From NCBI GenBank assembly GCA_918797485.1, contig CAKKNE010000003.1, positions 2,604,001 to 2,668,000 on the forward strand: DNA of 64,000 bases, written 5' to 3'. The notes beneath the pieces are model-generated. The model made no database searches. It had not been told where the DNA came from and was given only the letters and a program-made list of their open reading frames with translations. Every line of letters starts with the position of its first letter. Position 1 is the first letter of the stretch. This stretch comes from Pelagomonas calceolata. Taxonomy: Eukaryota. Positions 1-11,168 of this stretch are shown piece after piece. A program made the position numbers and the translations under genes.

Positions 1-155
1 CTTTGCTGTTCAGCGGCTTCATCATCTTCGACACGTGGCAGATCACGGAGCGGCTCGGGTACGACGACCACATCCTCGCGTCGATAACTCTGTATCTCGA
101 CATCCTCAACCTGTTCCTGTTCATCCTCCGCCTGCTGTCGCGGGACCGGAACTGA
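1..155 (+). CDS. Bax inhibitor-1/TMBIM family membrane protein, 3' end (partial)
   Basis: Frame from nt 3 reads LLFSGFIIFDTWQITERLGYDDHILASITLYLDILNLFLFILRLLSRDRN* (TGA 153-155). LYLDILNLF is the BI-1/TMBIM C-terminal signature. Confidence 0.85.
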   Translation, partial: LLFSGFIIFDTWQITERLGYDDHILASITLYLDILNLFLFILRLLSRDRN

Positions 156-214
156 GAAACCCCCCTGATGTAAAGACTCTATAATCCTAATTATTTACAC
201 GATAACGACTCTGG

Positions 215-865
215 TCAAGGAGCGCCGGCCGGGGGGTCGTACTCGCCATGCGCATTATCTGCTTCAACGCGCTTCGCCTCAGCCTTGGCGACGATGGCCG
301 CCGCGGCCTCCTCCGGCAAAGGAGCAATCAGCTGAGCGGGGTTGCCCGCCCACCGGCCGCCCGATGTGATGAGAGCGCCGGCAGGCACGACGGTGCCCGG
401 TTCGAGGATCACAGTGTTCTGGACGACGGCGCCTTGATCGATAATACACCCTTCTCCGATATCGACCGTGTGCTCGACCACACACGATTTCAAGCAAGAA
501 CCGGCCCCAACAGAAGTGTAGTCTCCCACAGATACCGAGGCGGGGAAGCCAGAGTCAAGGGACGCGACCGTCTCGATGACGACGCGGTCCTGGACGTTCA
601 CTACGGAACCAATGGACACGTCGGCGTGGTCCCCCCGCACAACGGCGCCGTACCAAACACTGGCTTCATCTCTCAGCTCGACGCGGCCGACGACGGTCGC
701 GTTGGGGGCCACAAACGCATCGTTCGCGGCTACCGGTCTTCTGTCCCCATATTTCATCATAGGGCGGTGGCGCGAGACGGCGCTGCTGCTGAGGCGCCGC
801 CGCGCCGCTGCCGGCGGGCGCGCGACGAGGCGCCGCGCCGCCGCGGGCACCGCGGTCGCTAGCAT
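215..865 (-). CDS. Gamma carbonic anhydrase-like protein (mitochondrial complex I associated)
   Basis: FVAPNATVVGRVEL, SVWYGAVVRGD, hexapeptide repeats and WAGNPA. Arg/Ala-rich mitochondrial-type presequence, ATG at 865. Confidence 0.85.
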   Translation of the reverse strand: MLATAVPAAARRLVARPPAAARRRLSSSAVSRHRPMMKYGDRRPVAANDAFVAPNATVVGRVELRDEASVWYGAVVRGDHADVSIGSVVNVQDRVVIETVASLDSGFPASVSVGDYTSVGAGSCLKSCVVEHTVDIGEGCIIDQGAVVQNTVILEPGTVVPAGALITSGGRWAGNPAQLIAPLPEEAAAAIVAKAEAKRVEADNAHGEYDPPAGAP

Positions 866-1329
866 GCTTTGCTGCAACACGGCTCGGCGGTTTTTCCACC
901 GGAAACGATTGGTGGCGCTACAGCGGAATATGTAGTATCACTGCCGCGTGTCAAAACGATGTCGGCGGCTGCGTATTGTTCCCGTTTTGGCTCAGGACGA
1001 AATCTGAGGCGAGGAGTCGAAATACCCGCACGTTTTTGAAAACGCGATCAATCGACAACATAAGTGCGAAGAGCTGTCCGTAGACCCCTTCTCTTGGTGC
1101 CTTTGCGGCCTCGCTTGCCAAGGGTGGAGGCTTGGGCAAGGCCAAAGCGCAAAAGCGACGCTCCAAACTACGCGCATAACTCACGCGCTGCACAGGAAGT
1201 TGCAAATAAATAGCTGCCGCGACGACGACGCACGAATCTTGCATCGCTTTCTGCACCGGCGCTAGCAGACCAGCCTAGCGAGAGCACCCACTGCACAGCC
1301 GCGAGCCGCGCGGGCGCGCGACCAAACCA

Positions 1330-1671
1330 ATGGTCCAGCTCGACGAGGCGAGGTTCTTGAGCGAGCTCACGAAGCTCTTCCAGGCGACGCGCGACGCCGG
1401 CTCGCTCACGATCACGCACAAGCGGCTCCAGCAGAGGCCAAAGCGCGGCCAGGGCGGTGACGACGCGACCGTCGAGACGGCGCCGGCGCGCTTCGGCGTT
1501 TTAGTAAGGGCGAAGACGGAGAAGAAGAAGCTTTCTACTGTTGTGAACGGCGCCGACCTCGTCAAGTTTCAGGCCCAACTCGCGGCTGTGGTAAGGGCGA
1601 ACGCGTCGGCCCTGAAGAAGAAGGAGCGCGCGAAGAAGAAGCAGAAGAGGTCGGATAATAAAACTAGTTAG
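1330..1671 (+). CDS. SRP14: Signal recognition particle 14 kDa subunit
   Basis: RFLSELTKLF, SLTITHKR, LVRAK-KKKLSTVV and a basic tail, all typical of SRP14. Confidence 0.9.
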   Translation: MVQLDEARFLSELTKLFQATRDAGSLTITHKRLQQRPKRGQGGDDATVETAPARFGVLVRAKTEKKKLSTVVNGADLVKFQAQLAAVVRANASALKKKERAKKKQKRSDNKTS

Positions 1672-2618
1672 TTACCGTTCATGTCCGGGAATTCTGTGGT
1701 CGGCTTGGGGCCCGCCGAGCGCCCCGGCCCGACGTTCGAGTCGAGCCCGCCCATCTCCAAGCTTCGCCGATAGCAGGCCCAGATCGCGTCCTGGACAACT
1801 GTTCTGAAGTTTCCTTTCTCAAGTTCATAAATAGCGGAGGCAGTAGTACCAGCAGGAGAAGTGACGGAGTTCTTGAGGACCGCCGGGTGCTCGCCGGACT
1901 CCATCGCGTACTTGACGGAGCCGAGGATGGTCTGATGCACCAAAGTTGTTGCGACTTCGCGCGAGAAGCCTTCTTGGACGCCCGCGTCGACCATCGCTTC
2001 GATCAGTAAAAATATATATGCCGGACCGGAGCCGGAGATGCTCGTGGACATGTCCACATAGCTTTCTTCCTCGACGTAGATCTCCTTGCCCAACGCGCCG
2101 AGCGCGCCCTTGCACCGCTCTATATCGGCGTCTGTGAACAGCTCTTTGTGTTCGCCCGCGGTCCACACCGTCACGCCACAGCCTATTTGTCCTGGGGTAT
2201 TGGGCATGGCCCTAGCGACTTTCTGCAATCCTAAACCCGCTCTAAATCGCTCCGTCGGCACGCCCGCCAAGATGCTGAGTAATACGGGCGGCGTTTTTTG
2301 ATTTTGCACGACAGGCCTCAAGTCCGCAAACACAGCGTCGCAGTTCTGGGGCTTCGTGCACAGCACGACGACGTCCGCTCCATCGACACACTCGTCGAGA
2401 GATTCCGCCCGCGTTAAGGAAGGGTACTTTTCCGCCACCCTTTTAGCGACGGCGCACGACACGTCGTAGAAACTTACCGATGGCGTCTCATTTTCGATCG
2501 TGGTTTCCTGCAGCGGCGCGAGCATCGCCTCGGCCATTTTACCGGCGCCGACGAAGGCGAACTTGGAGAAGCGGCGGCCGCGCGTCGCCGCGCTGACGAC
2601 GCGGCGGGCGGCGAGCAT
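1668..2618 (-). CDS. proC: Pyrroline-5-carboxylate reductase
   Basis: FVGAGKMAEAM, RAMPNTP, SGSGPAYIF and VTSPAGTT motifs. Confidence 0.95.
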   Translation of the reverse strand: MLAARRVVSAATRGRRFSKFAFVGAGKMAEAMLAPLQETTIENETPSVSFYDVSCAVAKRVAEKYPSLTRAESLDECVDGADVVVLCTKPQNCDAVFADLRPVVQNQKTPPVLLSILAGVPTERFRAGLGLQKVARAMPNTPGQIGCGVTVWTAGEHKELFTDADIERCKGALGALGKEIYVEEESYVDMSTSISGSGPAYIFLLIEAMVDAGVQEGFSREVATTLVHQTILGSVKYAMESGEHPAVLKNSVTSPAGTTASAIYELEKGNFRTVVQDAIWACYRRSLEMGGLDSNVGPGRSAGPKPTTEFPDMNGN

Positions 2619-2620
2619 GG

Positions 2621-2688
2621 CTGCGCACCGCTTGTCGACGCAGTAGTGACCGGGACGGCGTCGCGTCGATGGCGTAACGGACGCTCAC
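2621..2688 (-). other. Putative 5'-UTR intron of the P5CR gene carrying the introner internal motif
   Basis: Minus strand GTGAGC...GTGCGCAG ends 2 nt before the ATG and contains ACGCCATCGACGCGACG. An alternative donor GTTAGT lies at 2692. Confidence 0.5.
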
Positions 2689-2973
2689 TAACCCTGCGAG
2701 TGCGCTGCTACAGCGCAGCTCGATCTATTGCTGCTGCTGTGATTGCACAGTGCCGAGGGCCCGCAATCGATGCGTTGTCCTCTCCGATGTGTGCGAAAAT
2801 GCTGCTTGCACCAGCCAACGGAGTGCTGTCGTCGCTTGCTCGCAAGCTCAACCCGTCGAGGCTGCTCAGGCTGCACAGCTCCCGGCTGCAAGTGTTTTGC
2901 AATGAATAGTTTGCGATCAGCACGCAATCATTTGTCGAATTGAAAAGCGGAGGTAGTAGCGGCAGCACGTCGA

Positions 2974-3957
2974 ATGAGCCTCACGACTCTGCTTTATGCA
3001 AGCATTGCGAGTGCGGTCCGCAGCTTTGTGCCAAGACAGGCTGCAGCAGCAGCATCAGTGCCGCGCCGAGCAACCGCTGTCATCGACGGCTTGCAAGAGC
3101 TGCCGCTCGACCGCTACGACGCCATCATCCTCGACCAGTACGGCGTCCTGCACAACGGCGAGGCGTTGCTCGACGGCGTCGCCGCCGCGCTCGAGAGGGT
3201 GCACGCGGGCGGCGCGCGGAAGCTAGTCGTGCTGTCGAACACGTCGAAGCGACGAGCGCCCCTCATCGCGGAGCTGCCCGGTCGCGGCTTCCGGAGCGAG
3301 TGGCTCCATGACGCCATTTGTAGCGGCGAGTGCTGCTGGGAGGCGTTGCGCGAGAGTAGCTATGCGAGCGCCGTGGTGCTGGGCTGGAGCGACCGGGACT
3401 CGTCAGAATACCTTGCGGGCACGGGTGTCGCGCTCGCGGACGCCGCGCCGGATGTTATCGTGGGTTATGGGCCGGACACGATCGATATGGCCGATCGCAC
3501 GTTGACGGACTTCCGGATAACCGGCGACCTCGAGCCCTATCGCGCCTTATTAGAGGACGCCGCCGCGCGGTCCGTGCCAATGCTCTGCGCGAACCCCGAT
3601 CAAAAAACTATAGATGTCGACGGCGTGACGCCGCTGTATATGCCGGGCACGATGGCGGACGCCTACCGGGCCATGGGCGGCGAGGTCGTGCTGTACGGCA
3701 AGCCCGGTGTGTCCCACTTTGCCGCGGCATTGCGCGCCGCGGGCGTCGACGACGCGGGAAGGGCGCTGATGGTCGGCGACTCGCTGCGCCACGACGTCCT
3801 CGGCGCCGCCGCCGCGGGGCTGGACTCGCTCTTCGTCGTCGACAGCGGCGTCCACTCATCCGACCTGGCCGAGGTGAGCGAGGCGAGCGTATCGCGTCTC
3901 GCCGCCGCCGAGGGCGTCCCTGTGCCGACGTTTGTAATGCGTAAGTTTCGATGGTAA
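2974..3957 (+). CDS. HAD-superfamily hydrolase, subfamily IIA, probably plastid-targeted
   Basis: ILDQYGVLHNG, LSNTS, CANPD, YGKP and MVGDSLRHDVLGA. Signal peptide followed by SFVP. Confidence 0.9.
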   Translation: MSLTTLLYASIASAVRSFVPRQAAAAASVPRRATAVIDGLQELPLDRYDAIILDQYGVLHNGEALLDGVAAALERVHAGGARKLVVLSNTSKRRAPLIAELPGRGFRSEWLHDAICSGECCWEALRESSYASAVVLGWSDRDSSEYLAGTGVALADAAPDVIVGYGPDTIDMADRTLTDFRITGDLEPYRALLEDAAARSVPMLCANPDQKTIDVDGVTPLYMPGTMADAYRAMGGEVVLYGKPGVSHFAAALRAAGVDDAGRALMVGDSLRHDVLGAAAAGLDSLFVVDSGVHSSDLAEVSEASVSRLAAAEGVPVPTFVMRKFRW

Positions 3958-4232
3958 ATATCGCACCGCGGTACCGTGGACACGTTAGCAGCGCGCAGCT
4001 CGGCGTGCAGGTCGCATACATACAGGAGACCTGGGACCCGTGCTCTGGGTCGACACCTCCCCGGACGACTCGCGCGATTGGTGCTCGGTGCGCCGAAAAG
4101 CGCGCGGGCTCACAGCCCGCACTCAAAAATCGAGCTCGCGGAGCGCACGCGCTTTCTCATGCCCTTGGGCCCGACGGGCAGCCTCGGCATGGCTCCGTGA
4201 ACACCATCGATACTAAAAAGTGACGCCTAAGC

Positions 4233-7200
4233 ATGCGCCGGCCCGCGGTCGCCGTCGCGTGGGCCGCGCACCTAAGCATGGGCCAGCAGCAGCCCTCACC
4301 CGTCGTCGTCTTCAAGAAAGCAAGGACGGGAAGCACGTGGCTCGCCGACATGTTAGAGAAAGACGACCGCGTGGCCTTCTTCCGCCACGAGGCCCAAGGC
4401 TGCTTCAGTGATGACGCCGACCGCACGCGCAAAGCTTTTGAAGTGATGGTCCGCCGGCCCACGTGTAGCACCCAAATGTGCCCCAACGGCCAAAAGGACG
4501 CCTGGTTAACCGCGCCGACGACCACAGATTGCTTCGACGATAAGCTAGTAGGTTTCGACGTGAACCCGAGCCACACGCCGTTCCTGTCCTGGGAGCGCGA
4601 TTGGCCCCAACTCCTAAAAGCGCCGGTGAAGACCGTGGTGTACATGAGGACGAACCTCATCAAGCACGCTATTTCATCGATTCATGCGGACGTGTTGGTG
4701 GAAGCTTGCGATACGCACAAGGTCCTGAGTCAAAAAGCCAAGGACTGCGTGGAAAGTAATACTGAAGTGTTGTCGAAGAAGATTTCTGTGGATGCTCTAT
4801 CACTGTCCAAGAGCGCGCGGAAGCTGGGCAAGTATTGGTATGATTTATTACGGAACACGACAACAGCGTCCGGTGGAAAGGTTTTCGTCTTGTACTACGA
4901 AGCGTTGCAGCGCGACGCTTCTACAGAGCTAGGGCGGTTATTCGACTACGTCGGCGTGTCCGGTTCATCAGTACCCGAAAGCTCTTCCGTGAAAATAACA
5001 CCTGATGACCTCAGGGAGACCTTAGCTGACTTCGAACACGTACGAAAAGACTTATCGAATCTAGATCCTGCGTTACTCCCTCAATTGGAGGACACTTCAT
5101 TTAAAGTCTTTCGGACGTTGCGACTGCCGGAGAACAAAACTCAATCGATTGAGAGGTACGAAGTACAACTCAAAAAGGCGAATTTTATTGTAATAACGAC
5201 GCAGCGCAGTGGAAGTGGCTGGCTGTTAAACGAACTCCAGAAACCGTCCTGCATCGAGTGCGGCCGCGAGCTCTTCGACCGGAGCGGGTTTTTATGGTCT
5301 TCAGACACGATGAAGGCTGCGGTCGACGGCTTTCTCAGGATGACGCCCGGCGGTCAGAATGCCTTTGACATAGAAGTAGGCGACAAGTTCAACTTCGTGG
5401 CCAAAAAGTGGCGCGCGCAGCGGTCGGACAAATCTCGATCTTACGGCTTCAAGTGGATGCTCAACCAACCTTCGAGTGATCTCTTTTACGAGGCCTTCGA
5501 GGACTGGCTCCTACCTCTGTTGAAAGAAAGGCGAGGAAAACTTGTTTTCCTCGTGAGGCAACACTTACTACGGTTGATGGTCTCCAAGGAGGCGAACCAG
5601 ATCGATAGCGAGAGGTTTGAACAACATGTTGCTCATGCCTTCTCGCAAAACGATGCTCAACAGCACGCGGCGCCGGTCGAACTGCCCGTCGGCCACAAGT
5701 TGTTAAGGCACTTGGACCTCGAACTCTCGAAGATCGCGCACATGGAGAAGCTGGCGAAGCTGGCGTCGGACGCGGGCGTGCGCGTGCGGACCGTGTCCTA
5801 CGAGGACCTGGATGCGGATCACGCGCAGTTTGGGGGTTTGCGGAGCTGGCTCGTCGACGGGGATGCATGTGCTGCTTCCTTTAGCGAGAGACCGGACACG
5901 ATTTTTAAAATACACGGCGATGCGCACTGGCAGAAGTACATTTCGAACTGGAATGAGGTCTCAAAAAGTTTGGTAGGGACGCGCTACGCCGTTTATTTGG
6001 ACGAGGCCTACGTTCCTAGGGGCGGCGACGCGTGGGAGAAGTTGAGAGATGCGCCGGCGCCGAAACGTGTCAAAAAGGTGCATGATACCTATCAGCCCCA
6101 TACGCATGCGGAAAAGCCTGCGCGTTTGTATCCAAGAGATGTGCCCGGATGCGTGACCGCGGGAAAAGATCATCATTGTAGGATGAAGACCTACGGGAAC
6201 CGCACGGTGCCCCTGTTCACGTCTTCTCCTACTTCTTCGCCTGTCGTCGCGCCTGTGGTCGCGCCCCGCCATCAGACGTCGTGGCTCGGGGGCTGGCTCC
6301 GCTGGCTCGGCTGGTGAGCGCGTCGGCGTCGGGACCCGTTCGCGCCGGCGGCGGGATCTGTGTTACGCTTCTCCGCGCAGGAGAGACACCGCCGTCTCCG
6401 CGCCCCGCGACGCCGCCGTCGACGCCTACGTCCGGAGCTGGGCCGCGGGCGGCACGTCACGGCGGTGCGGCGACGTTGGCGCGCACGGCGACTGTAGCTG
6501 GATGAGCGGCTTCGGCCCTATTGATGTGGCTTGTACGATTCATGTAGATAGAGTCGGCTTGCTGGACGACGAGCGGGGCCCGGCACTGACCCTCAAGTTC
6601 CACGACGGCGAGGAGCTCTCCATTTCAACGGAGAACGCCCATAACATCGACCGCTTCATAACGAGGCCGGCTCTCTGCGAGTACGTGCCCAAACACCGAC
6701 CAGTACAAGCCACGGACGTCGGCTTGGTCATGGTCTCCAATAGCCCTTCCTACTTATTGAGACTGTGGCCGCCCTTCCTCAACAAGCTCCTCTACGCGAC
6801 GGACGCGGGCCTGCGCACGTTCCTGTGGCTCGGCGAGCTGCCGGAAGGCCTCGAGAAGCCGTCATCGCAAGCTTGTTTTGAGAGTATGCAGGTCACGCAG
6901 CACCACCGTCGATTACGAAGTTTCTACGACTCGCGGCTCGGCGTCGCTCCCAGAGGGTTCGACAAGATGGACGAAATGGCCTCGAACCACTACGTCAAAA
7001 TGCCCGCGGTCCTGGCGGCCTTGGCGGCGCCTAGTATAGAAGGAGTGTACTACGTCGACCTCGACGCCGTGACGCGCTACCCCTGGACCGTCGACCCGCT
7101 CTTCGCTTCGGAACACACAAATAGATATTCCGACGTCAGCTTCAAGTACGGCTTTAAGGAGGGCGCCGACAACTCCGGCACACTACGGTGGAAGGTCCAC

Positions 7201-7710
7201 GGGAGCCGCTTCTACGCTCGTAATTCAATCAAAGGTAGAGCCTTCTTCGCGAACTGGTTTTCCAATAGATGTACGTTCAAGGACCAGTATTCTTTGTGGC
7301 ACACTATACTCGACTTCGCGGCGTCCGAGGGCTGCGTCGACTACGCGGGGGAGATCTATTCAAAGTTCCGCTACTCCGACGCGAAGCACCTCAAGCAGGA
7401 CAAGGCTCGCAAGGAGTTCCCCATGCTCGTGCTCGATTGCGCGCGCATCGATGAACACTGCCCGCGCTTCCCCTTCGCGAACGTCGGCGGGGACAGCTGT
7501 GACGTGAACTTGCCGCGCCTCGTGGACCAGGTGTTCCACCACACGATCCCGCAGGAGGGGCACGGGACCTTCGAGGTGCCTCTCTCGAGTTCGACGTTGA
7601 TCGTGGAGAACGCCTGCATCTCCACGGTCAACGCGACGCGCTGCGAGCACACCGATGATTTACGGGCCTACGTCGAGCGGCTGGGCATCCCCGCCCAGTG
7701 GAATTCATAG
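4233..7710 (+). CDS. Predicted fusion of two sulfotransferase-like domains and a glycosyltransferase-like domain; join(4233..6313,6381..7710), about 1136 aa
   Basis: PAPS-loop-like motifs KARTGSTWL and TQRSGSGWL with YEAL/YEDL. A GTGAGC...CCGCGCAG intron at 6314-6380 joins in frame to ORF 6502..7710 (HYVKMPAV, YVDLDA DxD, KDQYSLW). Confidence 0.7.
6314..6380 (+). other. Predicted spliceosomal intron (67 nt)
   Basis: GTGAGC donor and CTTCTCCGCGCAG acceptor. Removal restores a TGG codon and an open frame into 6502..7710. Confidence 0.7.
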
Positions 7711-7760
7711 CAAGTAACCTTAGTGTCTGTCTAAATATAGAATCGAAAAACAGAGGCTAC

Positions 7761-8948
7761 TTAATACACACGGTTCAACACGGACGAGATGAGCGCCGTC
7801 ATCGTCGGGATCGACGCGGCGTACTGGAACACGAACAGGAAGGACAGCTCGCTCGCCTGCTGCGAGAGACCGAATTTATGGAGGAGTACGATCATGATCT
7901 GCGCCGTCGGCATGCCCGACGAGATGAGCAGCACGGCACGACCGAGGCGCGCCTGGGGTATTGGTATCGTCGCCGTCGCGAGCGCCTCGAGGGCGCCGAC
8001 AATCGCGGGAACGACCAGCAACCGTACGACCACAAAACCGGAGATGATGCCGCGGACCGCATATACCGCGCCCCATACCGAGCGCTTCGCGGGCGGTGGC
8101 GGCGGCGCCTCGGCGTCTCTCGCGCTCTTATCTGGCGCGGCCAGAGCGTTCAAATCAACGTTCGCGAGCGACGCGCCGACGAGGAGGACGGCGACGCACA
8201 CCGTTGGACTCGCGAGTAATTCGACAGTCCCGCCTATAATCCTAAGCGGTGACCGCCCTCCCACGGAGAAGAGGCCGCGCCGTAACGGTGCGATCAGACC
8301 AATTGCCGTGCCCACAGCTAACGCAGCATTGATGGGCTCGCGGACGCAACTCCCAACGGCTTCGGCGGGCTTCGGCGCCGGCGAGCCGCTCTCGGCCGCC
8401 TCGATCGTGCGCAGTCGATGCGCGCCGTACGTAAAGAAAATAGCCGTCCACGCGAAGGAGCCGACGAAGACGATCGCCGACCCGGTGCGGGCACATGTAG
8501 CGATGTCGTCGTAGTCCGCCCTGACGTCTCTTCGTTCGCATATAGACACAACTGCCACCAAGGGGATAGCCACAATGTTCGGAAACGCGGCGGCCAAGGA
8601 AGCCACTTGCCACAGCGACGACCGGCGCTGCGGTGCGGGTATAAACAGCATTCCCCACAGTTGCATCGACAGTAATCCTACGCCGATCGTGACCAGGCTG
8701 AACACGACAACTAACACTGTCTCCTTGAGCAGCTTTACGCTAATTGACGCGCCCGTCGTCGAGATTATCAAAGACGGTATCATGACGGCCGCGGAGAGTC
8801 GCGAAATGCGCGTGATCGCATCTTTGCTCAATATGGGCCGGTCGCGCGGGCGCTTCGCGGCCGTGGCGCCCACTGCGGCGACGATGACTAGCTTGGCAAC
8901 GACGCCGAATGCAAGGAGCAGGACCTCGCCATCGATTATTGCACTCAT
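7761..8948 (-). CDS. Auxin efflux carrier / PILS-like membrane transporter
   Basis: About 10 hydrophobic segments, IPSLI, AAAFPNIVAIPL and SGMPTA. Start taken at MSAIID (8948). Confidence 0.8.
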   Translation of the reverse strand: MSAIIDGEVLLLAFGVVAKLVIVAAVGATAAKRPRDRPILSKDAITRISRLSAAVMIPSLIISTTGASISVKLLKETVLVVVFSLVTIGVGLLSMQLWGMLFIPAPQRRSSLWQVASLAAAFPNIVAIPLVAVVSICERRDVRADYDDIATCARTGSAIVFVGSFAWTAIFFTYGAHRLRTIEAAESGSPAPKPAEAVGSCVREPINAALAVGTAIGLIAPLRRGLFSVGGRSPLRIIGGTVELLASPTVCVAVLLVGASLANVDLNALAAPDKSARDAEAPPPPPAKRSVWGAVYAVRGIISGFVVVRLLVVPAIVGALEALATATIPIPQARLGRAVLLISSGMPTAQIMIVLLHKFGLSQQASELSFLFVFQYAASIPTMTALISSVLNRVY

Positions 8949-9336
8949 TTGCGTCTTGTAGTGTGCTTCTGAGATGCGGTCGCGCGGCGATGGCGTATGT
9001 TGTGGTGCTTGGTTAGACTGGGCAGTGCTCCAATGGCAAGGGCTGCTGCTGCTGCAATCGTTTGCAAGTTCAGGCACCGCGTGCAAGATCAGGCACCTGT
9101 ACTACTGCAGCAACGGGGCAGCGTCTTGTGCGGCACCGCGCCGCCACTGCGAGGTATGCCTGCACCTGCGCACTGAACAAATCGAACGCTTCGAGAAGGT
9201 AGCCATCTATCTCCTCCGCGCGGCGCATCCAGTCCCGTCGGATGTTTGCTGCCTCGGACCCTGTGCGTTGCAATACGTGCGGGTTCGCCCGTTCCAACAG
9301 CTGCGAAGCTGGACAAAAGGCTGCCCACCGGGACCG

Positions 9337-11166
9337 ATGACGGCCCCCAGCCGCTACAAGGACTGGTCCCCGGCCGCCATCTTCGGCGGTAACAGCAATG
9401 ATGCGCGGGTCCACCCCCGCGGTCACCTTGGCGGCCAATCATCGGCACCGAGGAGCCCCGGCGCGCAAGCAGCCGCTTTAGCGTCAGCGTGGCGCGGTCG
9501 CGGCGGCGACAGGGGCGATGGATTATTGAGCGCGCTGGCGGAGATGAACGGCATCATCAGCGACGGCGTCGCGGAGGACGACGACGCCGGCGTGGCGCCG
9601 GCGGACTGGCGGACGCGCGCGAAGCAGCACGAGAAGCCGCGCAAGGCGAAGCCCCGTCGGCGGCCGCCAGCGCCAGCGCGAAGCCCCGACTTGGCCTCGC
9701 GCCAGCGCCAGCGGCAAGAGCAGCGCATGCGCGCCGTCCACACGATCCAGCGGGGCTGGCGGGCGCGATGCGTTGTGGACCGCACGGCGCGGCAGCGCCC
9801 GGAGGCAATTAGACGCCGGCAGTGGGGCGCCGTCGAGCTCGACGCCGTCCTCCAGATCCAGGACGCCTGGCGCGACCGGAAGCGGTGGCTGGCCGGCGCC
9901 GACGCGCGCGCCGCCAAGACGGCATCTCGGCTCTTAAAGATTGCGTCCCGCGACGCGCGCGTGAAAGCGGCGGTCGCGCTCGAGTGCGCCTGGCGACGGA
10001 AAATGGCCTACGAGCTGGCGGGCGAGGCCATGTGGCAACTACGGCAGCGCAAGCATCGTGCGGCCGCGGTGGTCCAGGACGCCCTACGGCGTAAACTGGC
10101 GCACAACGCGTTGCGGCGAAAGCTATGCTGGCGCCGCGCCGCGGCGACGCTGCTCGCGGCCCACGAGCGCGGGCGTTCGAGTCGCCGTGCGTTCGGCGTG
10201 GCACGAGGCGCTTCGACGCGGCTCGCGGCGCTGTCGCGACGAAAGGTGGCCATGGAGCAATTTCGCGTTGCCATCGCCGCAGCTGTAACTCTCCAGCGCC
10301 GGGCGCGCGGCCGCTCGGGGCGCCGAATAGGCCTCTACCGCGCCGCGCTCCGCGAGTCCGTCGCGGTGTCGATACGGCGTATGGAGGCCGTCGCGGAAGC
10401 GATGTCTGCGGCGAATGACGCGGTCGCGGCCGCCCGGCGCGCGTCAGAGCTCGCGGCGGCCGCGGCGAAGAAAGCGTTTACCGAATGCGCCCTGTTCACG
10501 GCCGCGATGGTCGTGCAGGACCGCCGACGCGACGCGGCGGCGCAGATCCTGCAGCGCGCGGCCCGGCGGTGGGCAGCCCGACGCAGGGGCGCCGCTGCGC
10601 AGACAATTGTTGCTTTCGCAGAGGTCGCGGCGGCACGACGGCGCGAGGCAGCAAGACGGAGGCTTGCCTGTGCAACACTCGCGCCGCATTTCCTTGCCCT
10701 GCTGGCGCGCCGGCGCAAAGAGCGGCTCGCGCGAGCGAAACGAAGGGTGAAGGCGGCCTTCACGCTCACGCGGCTCGGCCGTGGATTCGTGGGACGAAGA
10801 GAGGCGCGTCGGCGGTGGGAAATTGTGAGACGAAAATTTACATGTCGCAACTGCGGCCGCGCCGAGCCGAACGGAAATTACTGCAAGGGTTGTGGCTATA
10901 GACGACCGTCGCTGGAGGGCGAGGCCAAGCCCGTCGGCACGGGCGCCGCCGTGCCCATCCGCCGGCCGCGCGCGACGAGCGCGGAGACGCGACGACCGCC
11001 GGCCAAACAGAGACAATTGCGGTCGGGTTCGGCGGGGCATCGCGACCCGGCCGACGCGTTGCGAGCCGCGCGCCGCGCGCTCGCTCCCAAAAAACCGGAC
11101 CGGCTGCGAAGTGTCGTCCGCGACGCGCGCAAGAAGAGGAATCCCCACTGTAGGCCACTGCTCTAA
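9337..11166 (+). CDS. IQ-motif (calmodulin-binding-like) protein with a zinc ribbon
   Basis: Repeated IQxxWR/LQRxxR motifs and CRNCG...CKGCG. Start uncertain. Confidence 0.6.
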   Translation: MTAPSRYKDWSPAAIFGGNSNDARVHPRGHLGGQSSAPRSPGAQAAALASAWRGRGGDRGDGLLSALAEMNGIISDGVAEDDDAGVAPADWRTRAKQHEKPRKAKPRRRPPAPARSPDLASRQRQRQEQRMRAVHTIQRGWRARCVVDRTARQRPEAIRRRQWGAVELDAVLQIQDAWRDRKRWLAGADARAAKTASRLLKIASRDARVKAAVALECAWRRKMAYELAGEAMWQLRQRKHRAAAVVQDALRRKLAHNALRRKLCWRRAAATLLAAHERGRSSRRAFGVARGASTRLAALSRRKVAMEQFRVAIAAAVTLQRRARGRSGRRIGLYRAALRESVAVSIRRMEAVAEAMSAANDAVAAARRASELAAAAAKKAFTECALFTAAMVVQDRRRDAAAQILQRAARRWAARRRGAAAQTIVAFAEVAAARRREAARRRLACATLAPHFLALLARRRKERLARAKRRVKAAFTLTRLGRGFVGRREARRRWEIVRRKFTCRNCGRAEPNGNYCKGCGYRRPSLEGEAKPVGTGAAVPIRRPRATSAETRRPPAKQRQLRSGSAGHRDPADALRAARRALAPKKPDRLRSVVRDARKKRNPHCRPLL

Positions 11167-11168
11167 GG

